The notes under the pieces were generated by a model. That model was not told the origin of the DNA. It did no database searches and worked only from the letters and a program-made list of their open reading frames with translations. Position numbers and translations under genes: made by a program. From NCBI GenBank assembly GCA_947455195.1, contig CANGMI010000003.1, positions 135,620 to 199,619 on the forward strand: DNA of 64,000 nt. The letters run 5' to 3'. Of this stretch, positions 25,539 through 40,555 are shown piece after piece (position 1 is the stretch's first letter; the number at the start of each line of letters is the position of its first letter). This DNA is from Pseudomonadota bacterium. Its GTDB lineage: Bacteria > Pseudomonadota > Gammaproteobacteria > Burkholderiales > SG8-39.

Positions 25539-27710
25539 GTGCGGGCACTCCTCCTCCTTGCAGCCATGGTCGGGTTGATGGCGAGCACGCCAGCGTCACG
25601 CGCAGAGGCCGTCCGCACCGACCACCTCGAGATCGAGCTGATCGCGGAGCACGGTGCCCTGGTCGCTGGCGAACGCGGCTGGCTCGCGCTGCGCTTGCGA
25701 CATGCGCCACAGTGGCACACCTACTGGCGTAATCCGGGCGATGCCGGTGCGCCGACCCAGATCACCTGGAACCTGCCACCCGGATACGTCGCCTCGGCGA
25801 TCGAATGGCCGACCCCCGAGCGCCTGCCGGTCCCCCCCCTCGCCAATTACGGGTATTCGCGCGACGTGCTGCTCCTCGTACCGCTGGGCGTGCCGGCCAC
25901 CGCGAGCGGCGATGCGGTTGCCCTCCGGGCGCATGTCGACTGGCTCGTGTGCAAGGATGTCTGCATTCCCGGAAGCGCCGATCTGAGTCTCGATCTGCCT
26001 CTGGTCCAGGGGTCGGTCACGCCCGATCCACGCTGGATCGACGCATTCGCGCGCGCGCGCAACGAACTGCCCCAGAGGGTCGAGGGGCTTGTCGCCAGTG
26101 CCCGCGCTGACGAGCGCGTCATCCGACTGAATGTCCAGTGTCCGGGGTGCACTGCGGGCCCCCTGAGCAGCGCTTACTTCTTCCCGGTCGTCGAAGGACT
26201 GATCGAGCCTGCGCGACCCCAGATCATGAGCACGAGCGTCGATCGCATCGAATTGCAACTGCCGGTGGCGGTTGATCTGCGAGTGCCCACCGCACCGGTG
26301 GAAGGAGTGCTCGTTACCGATCCACCCCTCACGCGGAACGGCGCCGGGGTCATCGTGACGTTCGCGCTCGAGGGCGTCCCGCGTGCCGGTGCGCCGTCCA
26401 TGGCGCCGACCGAGGCGCTCCGCCCGCCCCTGCTGTCTCTGGCAACACTCCTCGCGTTCGCGCTCGCATTGGCTGGCGGCATCGTGCTGAACCTGATGCC
26501 CTGCGTCTTCCCGGTACTTTCCCTGAAGATTCTGGGCTTCGTGAACGAAGCGCATGGCGATGCGCGCGAGGCCCGGGCCAATGGCGCCGCGTTTGCAGTG
26601 GGCATCGTCACCTCCTTTGTCGCGCTCGGCCTCGCGGTGGTGGGTCTGCGCGAGACCGGCAGTTCTCTGGGCTGGGGTTTCCAGCTGCAGTCGCCCTGGG
26701 CCGTCACGTCGCTGGCGGGTCTCTTTCTCGTCCTCGCGATGAACCTGCTCGGCGTCTTCGAAGTGACCACGCCGTCGATCGGCAGCGGTCACCGACCCAC
26801 CCGGGGTGAACAGCGCAGCGCCCGCACCAGCGCCTTCCTCTCGGGAACGCTGGCCGCCGTCGTGGCGTCGCCCTGCACCGCACCCTTCATGGGTGCCGCC
26901 CTCGGGTATGCGCTGGTACAGGACACTGCAGGCGCACTCGGCATCTTCGCGGCCATCGGTCTCGGAATGGCGCTCCCCTACGTGCTTCTTACCCGCAGCC
27001 CGGCGTTACTGCGCAGCCTGCCCCGGCCCGGCCCCTGGCTCGCGTGGCTCCGCCGCGCCCTCGCCCTGCCGCTCCTGGGCACGGTGGCATGGCTCCTCTG
27101 GGTTCTCGAGCAGCAGACCGATGCAGGCACAGTGGGCGTGGTCCTGGGTGCCCTCGCACTCCTTGGTCTGGCAACGGTGGTTCACGGCCGCGTCCAGTTT
27201 CGGGATTCCCGAGCCTGGGAGCTCTGTGCGCTTGCCATCGCAGCAGCGGGCATTGGCCTCGGGTGGTATGCGCTGGCGCAGCATCCGGGTGCCAGCATGA
27301 GCGAAAGCGCTGCTCGAGGGGTCGGTGCAGCAGACGCGTCCGCTCGCGACGCTGCAGCATCGAACGCGTGGCTACCGTGGTCACCCGAAGCGGTCGAGGC
27401 AGCCCTCGCGCGCGGCGAGTCGGTCTTCGTCGACTTCACGGCAGCCTGGTGCATCACCTGCCAGGTGAACAAGAAACTCGTCCTCGAACGATCCGATGTC
27501 CAGGCACGGTTTGCCAGCCGCAACGTGCGCCTGCTGCGTGCCGACTGGACGCGACGCGATCAACGCATCAGTGATGCACTGGCAGCACTCAGTCGCAATG
27601 GCGTTCCGGTCTATGCGCTCTATCGGCCGGGCCAGGCGCCGATCGTTCTGCCTGAGGTGCTGACCCGTGGCGCCATCGACGAGGCACTGGGAGCGCTGGC
27701 GAGTCCCTGA
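25539..27710 (+). CDS. DsbD/ScsB-family protein-disulfide reductase
   Basis: GTG at 25539 gives the signal peptide (M)RALLLLAAMVGLMASTPASRAEA. The N-terminal domain has CKDVC. The TM core has NLMPCVFPVL and ASPCTAPFMG. The C-terminal thioredoxin fold has WCITCQ. Confidence 0.85.
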   Translation: MRALLLLAAMVGLMASTPASRAEAVRTDHLEIELIAEHGALVAGERGWLALRLRHAPQWHTYWRNPGDAGAPTQITWNLPPGYVASAIEWPTPERLPVPPLANYGYSRDVLLLVPLGVPATASGDAVALRAHVDWLVCKDVCIPGSADLSLDLPLVQGSVTPDPRWIDAFARARNELPQRVEGLVASARADERVIRLNVQCPGCTAGPLSSAYFFPVVEGLIEPARPQIMSTSVDRIELQLPVAVDLRVPTAPVEGVLVTDPPLTRNGAGVIVTFALEGVPRAGAPSMAPTEALRPPLLSLATLLAFALALAGGIVLNLMPCVFPVLSLKILGFVNEAHGDAREARANGAAFAVGIVTSFVALGLAVVGLRETGSSLGWGFQLQSPWAVTSLAGLFLVLAMNLLGVFEVTTPSIGSGHRPTRGEQRSARTSAFLSGTLAAVVASPCTAPFMGAALGYALVQDTAGALGIFAAIGLGMALPYVLLTRSPALLRSLPRPGPWLAWLRRALALPLLGTVAWLLWVLEQQTDAGTVGVVLGALALLGLATVVHGRVQFRDSRAWELCALAIAAAGIGLGWYALAQHPGASMSESAARGVGAADASARDAAASNAWLPWSPEAVEAALARGESVFVDFTAAWCITCQVNKKLVLERSDVQARFASRNVRLLRADWTRRDQRISDALAALSRNGVPVYALYRPGQAPIVLPEVLTRGAIDEALGALASP

Positions 27711-27760
27711 AGGGGCCTCGAGGAAGAGACCTGCGGGAGTCGCGCTACCGTCACTACGCC

Positions 27761-27779
27761 GGCTGCCGTGGCCGCAGCC
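27761..27779. terminator. GC hairpin between the convergent dsbD-family and atpC genes
   Basis: GGCTGC-CGTGGCC-GCAGCC, with no T-tract. Confidence 0.3.
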
Positions 27780-27798
27780 TACGCCAGCCAGTGATCGA

Positions 27799-28212
27799 TC
27801 AGTGGCTGCGCAGCCGGCGGATGGCCGCCAGTTGTGCCGCCAGATTGGCCAGTTCACCTTCCACGGTTGCGCGCTCTGCGTCCGACCGGGCGTTCTGCAA
27901 CGCCTGTTGTGCAACCTGCTGGGCCGCCGTTGCCTTGGCTTCGTCGAGATCCTTGCCGCGGATGGCCGTGTCGGCCAGCACCGTCACGCCCTTGGGCTGC
28001 ACTTCGAGAATGCCACCCGCAACGAACACCAGTTCTTCACCCGCCGCGGTCTTGATGCGCACCGCACCCGGCTTGATGCGCGTGATGAGCGGGGTGTGCT
28101 GCGGATAGATACCGAGTTCGCCCGACTCGCCGGGCAGCACCACAAACTCTGCCTCACCGGCAAAGACGCGCTCTTCGGCACTGACGACGTCGACGTGAAT
28201 GGTATTGGCCAC
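27799..28212 (-). CDS. atpC: F1 ATP synthase subunit epsilon
   Basis: 137 aa beginning [17 protein letters not shown]. It is the last gene of the atp operon. Confidence 0.93.
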   Translation of the reverse strand: MANTIHVDVVSAEERVFAGEAEFVVLPGESGELGIYPQHTPLITRIKPGAVRIKTAAGEELVFVAGGILEVQPKGVTVLADTAIRGKDLDEAKATAAQQVAQQALQNARSDAERATVEGELANLAAQLAAIRRLRSH

Positions 28213-28309
28213 TGGGTGATCTCCGGCTCGAATCGGTCAAACAACCCGGCAGCCAGGCTGCCGGGCTCCCGGGGGGCGGCGCCCACCCGGCGTTGCTGCA
28301 AATCGTCGC

Positions 28310-30650
<2,341 letters not shown>

Positions 30651-30732
30651 GAATCGCTATCCTGTCGGATGAGGCATCGCGGTTACCCGGGATGCCGTGT
30701 GAGAGACCCGGAGTCGGGTCCTTGAATCGAGC

Positions 30733-32277
30733 CTAGTAGGTGGCCGTCTTCTTCCAGTCCTTGATCGCTTCGTGCAGCTTCGCCTCGTTCTCGGAGGACA
30801 GATCCTTGGTGCTCTCGATGGCATCGACCAGGCTCGCGTAGTTCGAGCGGATGAAGTCTCGCATCGACTTCTCGGCCGCAAGCGCCTTCTTCACGTCGAC
30901 ATCATCGTAGTAGCTGTTGTTGACGGCAAAGAGGGTCAGCGCCATTTCCCAGACCTGCAGCGGCTGGTACTGCAGCTGCTTCATGAGTTCGGTCACGAGG
31001 CGACCGCGCTCGAGCTGACGACGGGTGGCTTCATCAAGGTCGGACGCAAACTGCGCAAAGGCCGCCAGTTCACGGAACTGCGCCAGCGCCAGACGCACGC
31101 CACCGCCGAGCTTCTTGATGATCTTGGTCTGTGCAGCACCACCGACGCGCGACACCGAAATGCCGGCGTTGATGGCGGGGCGGATACCGGCGTTGAAGAG
31201 GTCGGTTTCGAGGAAGATCTGACCGTCGGTGATCGAGATCACGTTGGTCGGGACGAAGGCCGACACGTCACCCGCCTGTGTTTCGATGATCGGCAGTGCG
31301 GTGAGGGAGCCCGTCTTGCCTTTCACTTCGCCGTTGGTGAGCTTTTCGACCCAGGCCTCGCTCACGCGCGCTGCGCGCTCGAGCAGACGGCTGTGCAGAT
31401 AGAACACGTCGCCCGGATACGCTTCACGGCCCGGCGGGCGGCGCAGCAGCAGCGAGATCTGGCGGTAGGCCCAGGCCTGCTTGGTCAGATCGTCATAGAT
31501 GATCAGGGCGTCTTGTCCACGGTCACGGAAGTACTCGCCCATCGTGCAGCCCGAGTAGGCCGAGATGTACTGCAGCGCCGCCGATTCCGAGGCGGACGAG
31601 GCCACGACGATGGTGTAGGCCATCGCGCCGTGTTCCTCGAGCTTGCGAACCACGTTGGCAATGGTCGAAGCTTTCTGACCAATGGCCACGTAGACGCAGA
31701 TGAGGTCCTTGCCCTTCGAATTGATGATGGTGTCGATTGCCACCGCGGTCTTGCCGGTCTGGCGGTCACCGATGATCAGCTCGCGCTGGCCCCGACCCAC
31801 CGGCACCATCGAGTCGATCGACTTCAGGCCAGTCTGAACCGGTTGCGACACCGACTTGCGCCAGATGACGCCCGGCGCAACCTTCTCGATGATGTCGCTC
31901 TGCTTCGCGTTGATCGGGCCCTTGCCGTCGATCGGCTGACCCAGCGCGTTCACCACGCGACCGATCAGCTCGGGGCCGACCGGCACGGAGAGGATCTGGC
32001 CGGTGCACTTGACCGTGTCACCTTCCGAGATGTTGAGGTAGTCACCGAGCACCACCGCGCCAACCGAATCGCGCTCGAGGTTCAGAGCGAGGCCGAAGGT
32101 GTTGTTCGGGAATTCGAGCATCTCGCCCTGCATCACGTCCGACAGGCCGTGAATGCGGCAGATACCGTCGGTCACCGAGACAACCGTACCCTGGGTGCGG
32201 ATGTCGGCGGTGTCGGTGAGGGCCTGGATCTTCTGACGGATGAGATCGCTGATCTCTGACGGGCTCAACTGTTGCAT
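30733..32277 (-). CDS. atpA: F1 ATP synthase subunit alpha
   Basis: I chose the second ATG ([15 protein letters not shown]) because GGAGA lies 9 nt upstream. The Walker A motif GDRQTGKT is present. Confidence 0.95.
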   Translation of the reverse strand: MQQLSPSEISDLIRQKIQALTDTADIRTQGTVVSVTDGICRIHGLSDVMQGEMLEFPNNTFGLALNLERDSVGAVVLGDYLNISEGDTVKCTGQILSVPVGPELIGRVVNALGQPIDGKGPINAKQSDIIEKVAPGVIWRKSVSQPVQTGLKSIDSMVPVGRGQRELIIGDRQTGKTAVAIDTIINSKGKDLICVYVAIGQKASTIANVVRKLEEHGAMAYTIVVASSASESAALQYISAYSGCTMGEYFRDRGQDALIIYDDLTKQAWAYRQISLLLRRPPGREAYPGDVFYLHSRLLERAARVSEAWVEKLTNGEVKGKTGSLTALPIIETQAGDVSAFVPTNVISITDGQIFLETDLFNAGIRPAINAGISVSRVGGAAQTKIIKKLGGGVRLALAQFRELAAFAQFASDLDEATRRQLERGRLVTELMKQLQYQPLQVWEMALTLFAVNNSYYDDVDVKKALAAEKSMRDFIRSNYASLVDAIESTKDLSSENEAKLHEAIKDWKKTATY

Positions 32278-32383
32278 GGTCTTCATTCTCCAAGCGGATC
32301 ACACGCGCGGCCGGGAAGCATGTCCTCCCGCTCACGCAATCGACTGTCGCATCCGGCAACGCACTCGCGCTGCCGGAGACTGC

Positions 32384-32923
32384 TCAACTGCCTGTCGCGA
32401 GCGATGAGCGCATCGCCGCAAGGCGACCACGCACCGAACTCTCGATCACTTCGTCACCAACGGCGATACGCACGCCACCAATCAGGGTTTCATCCACATG
32501 CACATGCGTCTGCACCTTGCGTGCGAACCGCTTCTCGAGCCCGGCCACCACGACCGCCAGATCGTCATCGCTCAGGGGAAATGCCGTCGCGATGTCAGCC
32601 TCGATCGTGCCTTCACGCTCGTTCTTCAGCCGCTCGTAGACCTCACGCACCTGGGGCAGAGCCTGAAGGCGACCGTTCTCGGCAAGCATCGCCACGAACT
32701 GGCGCACTTCGACCGAGTCGGTGCCTGCAACCGACATGAATAGCTCGACGCGCTGTGCATCCGAGACCCGCGGATTGCCCATCAAGGGCACGAGTGCCGG
32801 GTCGGACGCGGCCGTCGCAAGTCGGTCGAGAACATCCGACCAGACCGCCAGCGTGCCCGCCCGGTCGGCGAGTCCGAACACGGCCTCGGCGTAGGGACGC
32901 GCAATGGTGGTGAGTTCAGCCAT
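32384..32923 (-). CDS. atpH: F1 ATP synthase subunit delta
   Basis: 179 aa beginning MAELTTIARPYAEAVF. Position in the operon supports the call. Confidence 0.9.
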   Translation of the reverse strand: MAELTTIARPYAEAVFGLADRAGTLAVWSDVLDRLATAASDPALVPLMGNPRVSDAQRVELFMSVAGTDSVEVRQFVAMLAENGRLQALPQVREVYERLKNEREGTIEADIATAFPLSDDDLAVVVAGLEKRFARKVQTHVHVDETLIGGVRIAVGDEVIESSVRGRLAAMRSSLATGS

Positions 32924-32932
32924 GTCGCTCGC

Positions 32933-33403
32933 CTACAGGTCGCGGCGCAGTTGCGCCAGCAGTTCGGCGTGCGCAGTACGGTCGACTTCACGACGCAGGA
33001 TCTGCTCGGCCCCGGCGACGGCCAGTGCTGCCACCTCGTCACGCAGGGTCTCGCGCGCCCGCGACACCGACTGCTCGATTTCGGCCTGAGCGCCCGCCAC
33101 GAGCCGTTCGCCCTCCGAGCGCGCAGCGGTGCGTGCCTCGTCAACGATTTCTGCGGCGCGCTTTTCGGCCTGCGCGATGATGTCCTGAGCGCGGTCGCGT
33201 GCGCCTTTCAGCTCTTCGTCAGAGCGGCGGGCTGCCTGTTGCAGCTCGACGCGCCCCTTCTCAGCCGCAGCCAATCCCTCGGCCATCTGCTTCTGCCGCG
33301 TTTCGATGGCCCGCATGAGCGGTGGCCAGACGAACTTGGCGGCGAACCAGACGAACAGGAAGAAGGCGACCGCCTGGGATACCAGTGTCAACCCAATGTT
33401 CAT
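32933..33403 (-). CDS. atpF: Fo ATP synthase subunit b
   Basis: 156 aa with a single N-terminal TM helix followed by a long charged helix. Confidence 0.9.
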   Translation of the reverse strand: MNIGLTLVSQAVAFFLFVWFAAKFVWPPLMRAIETRQKQMAEGLAAAEKGRVELQQAARRSDEELKGARDRAQDIIAQAEKRAAEIVDEARTAARSEGERLVAGAQAEIEQSVSRARETLRDEVAALAVAGAEQILRREVDRTAHAELLAQLRRDL

Positions 33404-33524
33404 AGCTCGCTTACCCTGCTGTTGAAGCTCACCCGGAGACGACCTGCCTCCGTGTAGCGTGCTCGCCCTGCGCGCCGACTACGGAGCATCGCCCGCAGTC
33501 ACCGCGCGCAAGACGCGACGGTTG

Positions 33525-33875
<351 letters not shown>

Positions 33876-33885
33876 TCATGTCGCT

Positions 33886-35153
<1,268 letters not shown>

Positions 35154-35255
35154 CGTGCATGATGCGTCGTCCGGTACGCCCCTGCGCGGCACATCGCGCC
35201 TCAGCCCACGCCGGTGCCCGGAGGGCACGGCCCACCCAGACAGGAATTTCTCTCA

Positions 35256-36038
35256 ATGATTCTCAATGACAAGATCGCCATCGTCACTGGCGCCGCCAGT
35301 GGCATCGGACGCGCCATCGCCACCGCCTTCGCCACCGAAGGGGCTCGGGTGGCCATCGCCGACATTTCCCTCGAGGCAGCCACCGCCACGGCCCTCGCCA
35401 TCGACCCGAGCGGTGCGCGCGCCATGGCGGTTGCGATGGACGTCACGAGCGAGGCACAGGTCGACGCGGGCACCGCAGAGGTCGTTTCACGCTGGGGTGG
35501 TCTGGACATCATGGTGAGCAACGCCGGCATCCAGATCATCAGTTCGCTGGTCGATCTGTCCTTTGACGACTGGCGCCGCCTGATGGCGATTCACGTGGAT
35601 GGCGCCTTTCTCACCTCCCGCGCCGCGATGCGCGCCATGATCGCCGGCAAGCGCGGCGGCAGCATCCTCCTCATGGGATCGGTGCACTCGCATCTGGCAT
35701 CGGCACTCAAGGCCCCCTACGTGACGGCCAAGCACGGGCTGCTGGGTCTGGCGAAGGTCATCGCCAAGGAAGGCGCCGGGCACGGGATCCGCTCGAACGT
35801 CATCTGCCCGGGGTTCGTGCGCACGCCGCTGGTGGAAAGGCAGATTCCCGAGCAGGCGAAAACCTTCGGCATCACGGAAGCCGAAGTGGTGAAGAACATC
35901 ATGCTGAAGGACACGGTTGACGGCGAGTTCACCACGGTGGATGACGTGGCCCGAACGGCCGTGTTTCTGGCAGGCTTCCAGACCAATGCGCTCACTGGCC
36001 AGTCGATCACGGTGAGTCACGGCTGGCACATGCAGTAG
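35256..36038 (+). CDS. bdhA: 3-hydroxybutyrate dehydrogenase-type SDR
   Basis: Start at [18 protein letters not shown]. Strings [33 protein letters not shown] and C-terminal VSHGWHMQ follow the BdhA pattern. Confidence 0.75.
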   Translation: MILNDKIAIVTGAASGIGRAIATAFATEGARVAIADISLEAATATALAIDPSGARAMAVAMDVTSEAQVDAGTAEVVSRWGGLDIMVSNAGIQIISSLVDLSFDDWRRLMAIHVDGAFLTSRAAMRAMIAGKRGGSILLMGSVHSHLASALKAPYVTAKHGLLGLAKVIAKEGAGHGIRSNVICPGFVRTPLVERQIPEQAKTFGITEAEVVKNIMLKDTVDGEFTTVDDVARTAVFLAGFQTNALTGQSITVSHGWHMQ

Positions 36039-36053
36039 TAACCTTCGTCCCGG

Positions 36054-36071
36054 CCCCGGAGTGATCCGGGG
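36054..36071 (+). terminator. GC hairpin after the SDR gene (no T-tract)
   Basis: CCCCGGA-GTGA-TCCGGGG, 15 nt after the stop. Confidence 0.35.
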
Positions 36072-36181
36072 CGCATCGGCCCGGAGGGCATGCACCTCGC
36101 GACCCCGGGGGTCGTGCGTCAGCCATCCTCCCCTTCGCCACCCCGGCGCTCGCGCCGCCTCACTCGCCATTTCCACACACA

Positions 36182-37339
36182 ATGAAACTTGTCTCCACCG
36201 AAACCCTGCTCGTGCAGATCCCGACCCGCCGCGAACACAAGTGGACCGGACTCACCGAACCGATCGGCCGCTACCTGCTCGTGCGAATGACCGATGACGA
36301 AGGGCATGTCGGCTGGGGAGAGGCCCCGGCGCTGAAGGACTGGGGGGGCGAATACGGCCGCTACTTTGGCGAGTCGCCCTCGATTGTTCGACTGGTGATC
36401 GGCCAGTACCTCGCTCCCGCCGTGGCCGACATGGAACTGGCCAACCCGGCCGAACTGCATGCACGCATGGACCGCGTCATCAAGGGTTATCCGTACGCCA
36501 AGGCGGCAATGGATTTTGCCTACTACGACCTGTCGGCGCGAGCGCTCGGAGTACCGGTGACCACGCTGCTGGGCGGCATCTTTCGCGAGCGCGTCGCAGT
36601 CACTCACTCGATCGGATTGCTGGGCATCGAAGAGGCGGTACGCGAGTGCGCCAGGGTGGCCTCCGAAGGCATCCGCACGATCAAGATCAAGGTGGGCCAG
36701 GATCCGCGGCGCGATGTCGAGATCGTGCGCGAGATTCGCGCCGCGGTGGGTGACTCCGTCGACCTGTGCGTCGATGCCAACGAGGGCTACGCATCCCCGG
36801 GTGAAGCCATCACCACCATCCGGCGCATGGAAGCCTACCGCCTGAAGTACGCCGAGCAACCGGTGATGGGCATCGAGCGCCTGGCCGAAGTGTCGCGCGC
36901 GATCGACACCCCGGTGATGGCCGACGAGAGCGCGTGGAACGCTCACGACGTGATCCAGATTGCCGAGCGGCGTGCTGCCGAAATCGTGTCGGTCTACACG
37001 ACCAAACCCGGTGGCCTCTACCGGGCCATGGAGGTGGCCGCGGTCGCGCGCGCTGCCGGGCTCCTTGCCAACGTCAACGGCTCGGTCGAAACCGGCGTCG
37101 GCAACCGCGCCAACATTGCACTGGCCGCGGCGGCGCCTGCGGCATCGCTCTCGTGTGTCGTTCCGGTATCGACACCGGCCGAGCACCTGGGATCGCAGAT
37201 CGGGGGCATCTACTACCGCGACGATCTCATCAGCGAACCGATGCGTCTGGTGGAAGGAGCCATCGAAATATCGCGAGAGCCCGGACTGGGCATTGCGGTC
37301 GACGAGAGGAAGATCGAGCAGTACCGCATCGCCGATTGA
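36182..37339 (+). CDS. enolase-superfamily enzyme, muconate-lactonizing (MLE) subgroup
   Basis: 385 aa. It has the KxK motif (IKIKVG), metal-ligand contexts VDANEGY, AEQP and MADES, and a second Lys in YTTKPGG. Confidence 0.85.
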   Translation: MKLVSTETLLVQIPTRREHKWTGLTEPIGRYLLVRMTDDEGHVGWGEAPALKDWGGEYGRYFGESPSIVRLVIGQYLAPAVADMELANPAELHARMDRVIKGYPYAKAAMDFAYYDLSARALGVPVTTLLGGIFRERVAVTHSIGLLGIEEAVRECARVASEGIRTIKIKVGQDPRRDVEIVREIRAAVGDSVDLCVDANEGYASPGEAITTIRRMEAYRLKYAEQPVMGIERLAEVSRAIDTPVMADESAWNAHDVIQIAERRAAEIVSVYTTKPGGLYRAMEVAAVARAAGLLANVNGSVETGVGNRANIALAAAAPAASLSCVVPVSTPAEHLGSQIGGIYYRDDLISEPMRLVEGAIEISREPGLGIAVDERKIEQYRIAD

Positions 37340-37418
37340 CCCCTGGGGCGGGCCTGCGCGTGGAGCGCAGCCCCGGCAGACGCGGACGGCATCGGGTCCG
37401 CGCCGCGCGGGGTGGCGG

Positions 37419-38423
37419 CTACTGCTCGACCAGACCGGACTGCGCCGCCACATCGCGCCAGCGGCGCGACTCCTCGATCATGAATCGTCCGAACTCGGCG
37501 CCGACAATCGGCTCGAGCGGCTCCATGCCGATCTCGGCCATGCGCGCGCGAAATTCGGGGCTTCGGTTCACGGCAACCACCTCGCGAGCCAGACGCGCCA
37601 CGATCTCGGCCGGCGTACCCGCCGGTGCGACAACGCCATAGACGGGCGCCAGCACTGCGTCGCCGAGGCCAAACTCGGCAATGGCCGGCACATCGGGCAT
37701 CAGCGACACGCGGCTGGCGCTGGCAATGGCCAGGGCACGCAACTGACCGGCCTTCACGCGCGAAGCCACGGCCGAGGTGCCGATGATGCACATCTCGATC
37801 TCACCCGAAACGATGTCGGCAATGGCCGCCCCACCGCTCTTGTAGGGCACATGAATCATCTGGATGCCGGTGCGACGCTGCAACATCTCCATCGTCACGT
37901 GCGCGTTGCCGCCGACCCCTGCGCTGCAATACCGGAGATCCCCGGGCCTCGAGCGCGCGAGTTCGATGAATTCGCGAAAGGTCGCCACCTTGACCGAGGG
38001 GTGCACCACCACGACATTGGCACCCCGCGCCACGAGTGCCACCGGGGCGTAGGCCCGCTCAGGGTCGTAGGGCAGACGTCGGCGCTCGGCGTGGGTGGTG
38101 CCGTAGCTCTCGATCGATGCCACCAGAAGCGTGTAGCCATCGGCCGGGGCAGCAGCACCCACCGCCGACCCCAGGGTGCCACCGGCACCGCCGCGGTTGT
38201 CGACCACCACCTGCTGCCCGAGACGTTCGCCCAGCGGTTGTGCCAGAAACCGGCCCAGCGCATCGGTAATGCCGCCTGCGCCCCACGGCACGATGAGTTT
38301 CACCGGATGCTGGGGCCAGGACTGGGCAGCTCCATCGGAGGGCTGCAGGCACGCCCCCAGGCCGAAGGCCGGGGCAAGCACCAGGGCAAGCAGCCTGCGA
38401 GCGTTCACGAGACTCTTCTTCAC
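37419..38423 (-). CDS. Bug-family (TctC-like) substrate-binding protein
   Basis: 334 aa with a signal peptide. The hallmark string WPQHPVKLIVPWGAGGITDALGR is present. Confidence 0.85.
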   Translation of the reverse strand: MKKSLVNARRLLALVLAPAFGLGACLQPSDGAAQSWPQHPVKLIVPWGAGGITDALGRFLAQPLGERLGQQVVVDNRGGAGGTLGSAVGAAAPADGYTLLVASIESYGTTHAERRRLPYDPERAYAPVALVARGANVVVVHPSVKVATFREFIELARSRPGDLRYCSAGVGGNAHVTMEMLQRRTGIQMIHVPYKSGGAAIADIVSGEIEMCIIGTSAVASRVKAGQLRALAIASASRVSLMPDVPAIAEFGLGDAVLAPVYGVVAPAGTPAEIVARLAREVVAVNRSPEFRARMAEIGMEPLEPIVGAEFGRFMIEESRRWRDVAAQSGLVEQ

Positions 38424-38427
38424 GAGG

Positions 38428-39420
38428 TCACTCCACCTTCAGATCGGTCTGACGAGCAAATTCGGCCCACTGCGTGACTTCGGTGGCGATACGGGCGGCG
38501 AAAGCCTCGGCCGTATCGGAGACCGGCTCGGCCCCCTGGGAGACAAACCGCTCACGCACCTCGGGGTCGTCGATGACCCGACGCAACTCGACATTGAGGC
38601 GTCGCAGGACGTCCTCGGGCAACCCGGCCGGCGCCAGGATGCCAAGCCAGATCGCCAGTTCATAGCCGGGCAAGCCCGACTCAGCCACCGTCGGAATGTC
38701 GGGCAAGGACCCCATCCGCCGTGGCGAGGTGATGGCGATGGCGCGAGTGCGGCCCGCACGCACGTTGGGGAGCGCCGTGGGCACGGCCTCGAACATGAGG
38801 GTCAGTTGTCCGCCCACGAGATCGGCCATCGCGGGTGCCCCGCCCTTGTAAGGCACGTGAACGAGGTCGATGCCGGCGCGCAACTTGAAAAGCTCGGTGG
38901 CGAGGTGCTGGATCGAACCCGGCCCCCCCGACCCGTAGTTGAGCCGGCCGGGCTGGGCGCGAGCCAGCGCAATGAGTTCGCGGATCGAACTCACCTTCAC
39001 CGAGGGGTGCACCACGACCAGACTGGGCACGACCGCAATGCGGGTGATGGGCTGCAGGTCATGCACCGGGTCGAAGGTGAGGTTCTTGTAGAGGCTGGGA
39101 GCAACCGGCACCGTGGTGGTCGATCCGCATACCAGGGTGTAGCCGTCGGCTGGCGACTTCGCGACGATGCCCGATCCGACCAGCCCGCTCGCACCGGCCC
39201 GATTGTCGACCACCACGCTCTGCCCGATCTGGGCCGAGAGCTTCTGCGCCACCACCCGGGCAAGTACGTCGTTGATCCCGCCCGGCGGGAAAGGGACCAC
39301 GATGCGAACGGGTCGCGACGGCCAGGTCTGGGCCATCAGGCCTGGCGCTGCACCCAGCCCCCCCAGTAGCGCCGCCGCGAGGAGCGCGACCCTCGCACCA
39401 CGGCGCGCAGCGCTCACCAC
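38428..39420 (-). CDS. Bug-family (TctC-like) substrate-binding protein
   Basis: GTG start gives (M)VSAARRGARVALLAAALLGG. The hallmark string WPSRPVRIVVPFPPGGINDVLAR is present. The start is uncertain. Confidence 0.8.
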   Translation of the reverse strand: MVSAARRGARVALLAAALLGGLGAAPGLMAQTWPSRPVRIVVPFPPGGINDVLARVVAQKLSAQIGQSVVVDNRAGASGLVGSGIVAKSPADGYTLVCGSTTTVPVAPSLYKNLTFDPVHDLQPITRIAVVPSLVVVHPSVKVSSIRELIALARAQPGRLNYGSGGPGSIQHLATELFKLRAGIDLVHVPYKGGAPAMADLVGGQLTLMFEAVPTALPNVRAGRTRAIAITSPRRMGSLPDIPTVAESGLPGYELAIWLGILAPAGLPEDVLRRLNVELRRVIDDPEVRERFVSQGAEPVSDTAEAFAARIATEVTQWAEFARQTDLKVE

Positions 39421-39620
39421 GGGAAGGTGCGAGGGCCCGCCCGCTTGCGGACGCGCGGTGGATGGGGTCTGGTCATGGAGCTTGCAGGTGTGCACGATGA
39501 ACGCCTTTGCGGAATGCTTGCTGTGGCAGGTCAATCGTAACCCGCCATGCGCCTTGCGGCGTCACCCCGCGACAACCATAATCGGCCGGTCCGCATGCCG
39601 ACCGCCCCCCTCGAGGCCTC

Positions 39621-40466
39621 ATGAATCGTTCACGCATTGCACTGCTCCACCCGGGAGACATGGGCAGCGCCATCGGCGGCGACCTGTCCGAGCACGGCAT
39701 CCGCGTGCTCTGGGCATCAGCCGGGCGCAGCGCGACCTCGCGCGCTCGCGCCACGGCCGATGGGCTCGAGGATCATCTCTCGGTCGGTGCATGCCTGCGC
39801 TCGAGCGATATCGTTCTCTCGGTCTGCCCGCCCCACGCTGCGCTCGACGTGGCACGCGAGGTGGCAGGTCAGGTGTTTCATGGCCTGTACATCGACGCCA
39901 ACGCCATCTCGCCCGGTGCCGCTCGCGAGGCAGCCGCCATCATCGAATCGGCCGGCGGGCATTTTGTCGACGGCGGCATCGTCGGCCCCCCGCCGCGCAG
40001 CGCGGGCACCACCCGTCTCTTTCTCTCGGGCCATCACGCGCCCGACGTGGCACGCCTTTTCAGCGGCACCCGCATGCAGGCCATCGTCCTTGGCACCGAG
40101 ATCGGTGCAGCCTCGGGGCTGAAGGCCTGCTACGCCGCGTGGACCAAGGGATCGATCGCCCTCCTCACGGCCATTCGAGCACTGGCCCGCCACGAAGGCG
40201 TGGAAGCGGCCCTGCTCGACGAGTGGGCCCGCTCGCAACCCGACCTGCCCAAGCGGTCGAAATCGATCACCGGCCAGGCACCCAAGGCATGGCGCTGGAT
40301 CGGCGAGATGCAGGAAATTGCCAGCGCGTTCGAGCATGCCGGCCTGCCGGGCGACTTCCACCGCGGCGCTGCGGCCGTCTACGAGCACCTTGCCTCGTTC
40401 AAGGATGCCGCGGCGCACCCCTCGATCGACGAAGTGCTTGCGGCACTGACGCGAAAGTCCGACTGA
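39621..40466 (+). CDS. NAD(P)-binding oxidoreductase with DUF1932-type C-terminal domain (6PGDH-like)
   Basis: 281 aa. The N-terminal dinucleotide-binding string is IALLHPGDMGSAIG. Confidence 0.7.
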   Translation: MNRSRIALLHPGDMGSAIGGDLSEHGIRVLWASAGRSATSRARATADGLEDHLSVGACLRSSDIVLSVCPPHAALDVAREVAGQVFHGLYIDANAISPGAAREAAAIIESAGGHFVDGGIVGPPPRSAGTTRLFLSGHHAPDVARLFSGTRMQAIVLGTEIGAASGLKACYAAWTKGSIALLTAIRALARHEGVEAALLDEWARSQPDLPKRSKSITGQAPKAWRWIGEMQEIASAFEHAGLPGDFHRGAAAVYEHLASFKDAAAHPSIDEVLAALTRKSD

Positions 40467-40473
40467 AACCCGA

Positions 40474-40493
40474 CGTCGCGCCCGCGCGCGACG
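40474..40493 (+). terminator. GC hairpin (8-bp stem, no T-tract)
   Basis: CGTCGCGC-CCGC-GCGCGACG, 7 nt after the stop at 40466. Confidence 0.3.
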
Positions 40494-40555
40494 CGTCACG
40501 CTGGCTCCGGTAGTGCTAGCCTTCTGCCCTTTCGCACCACGAGGCAGACCGCGTC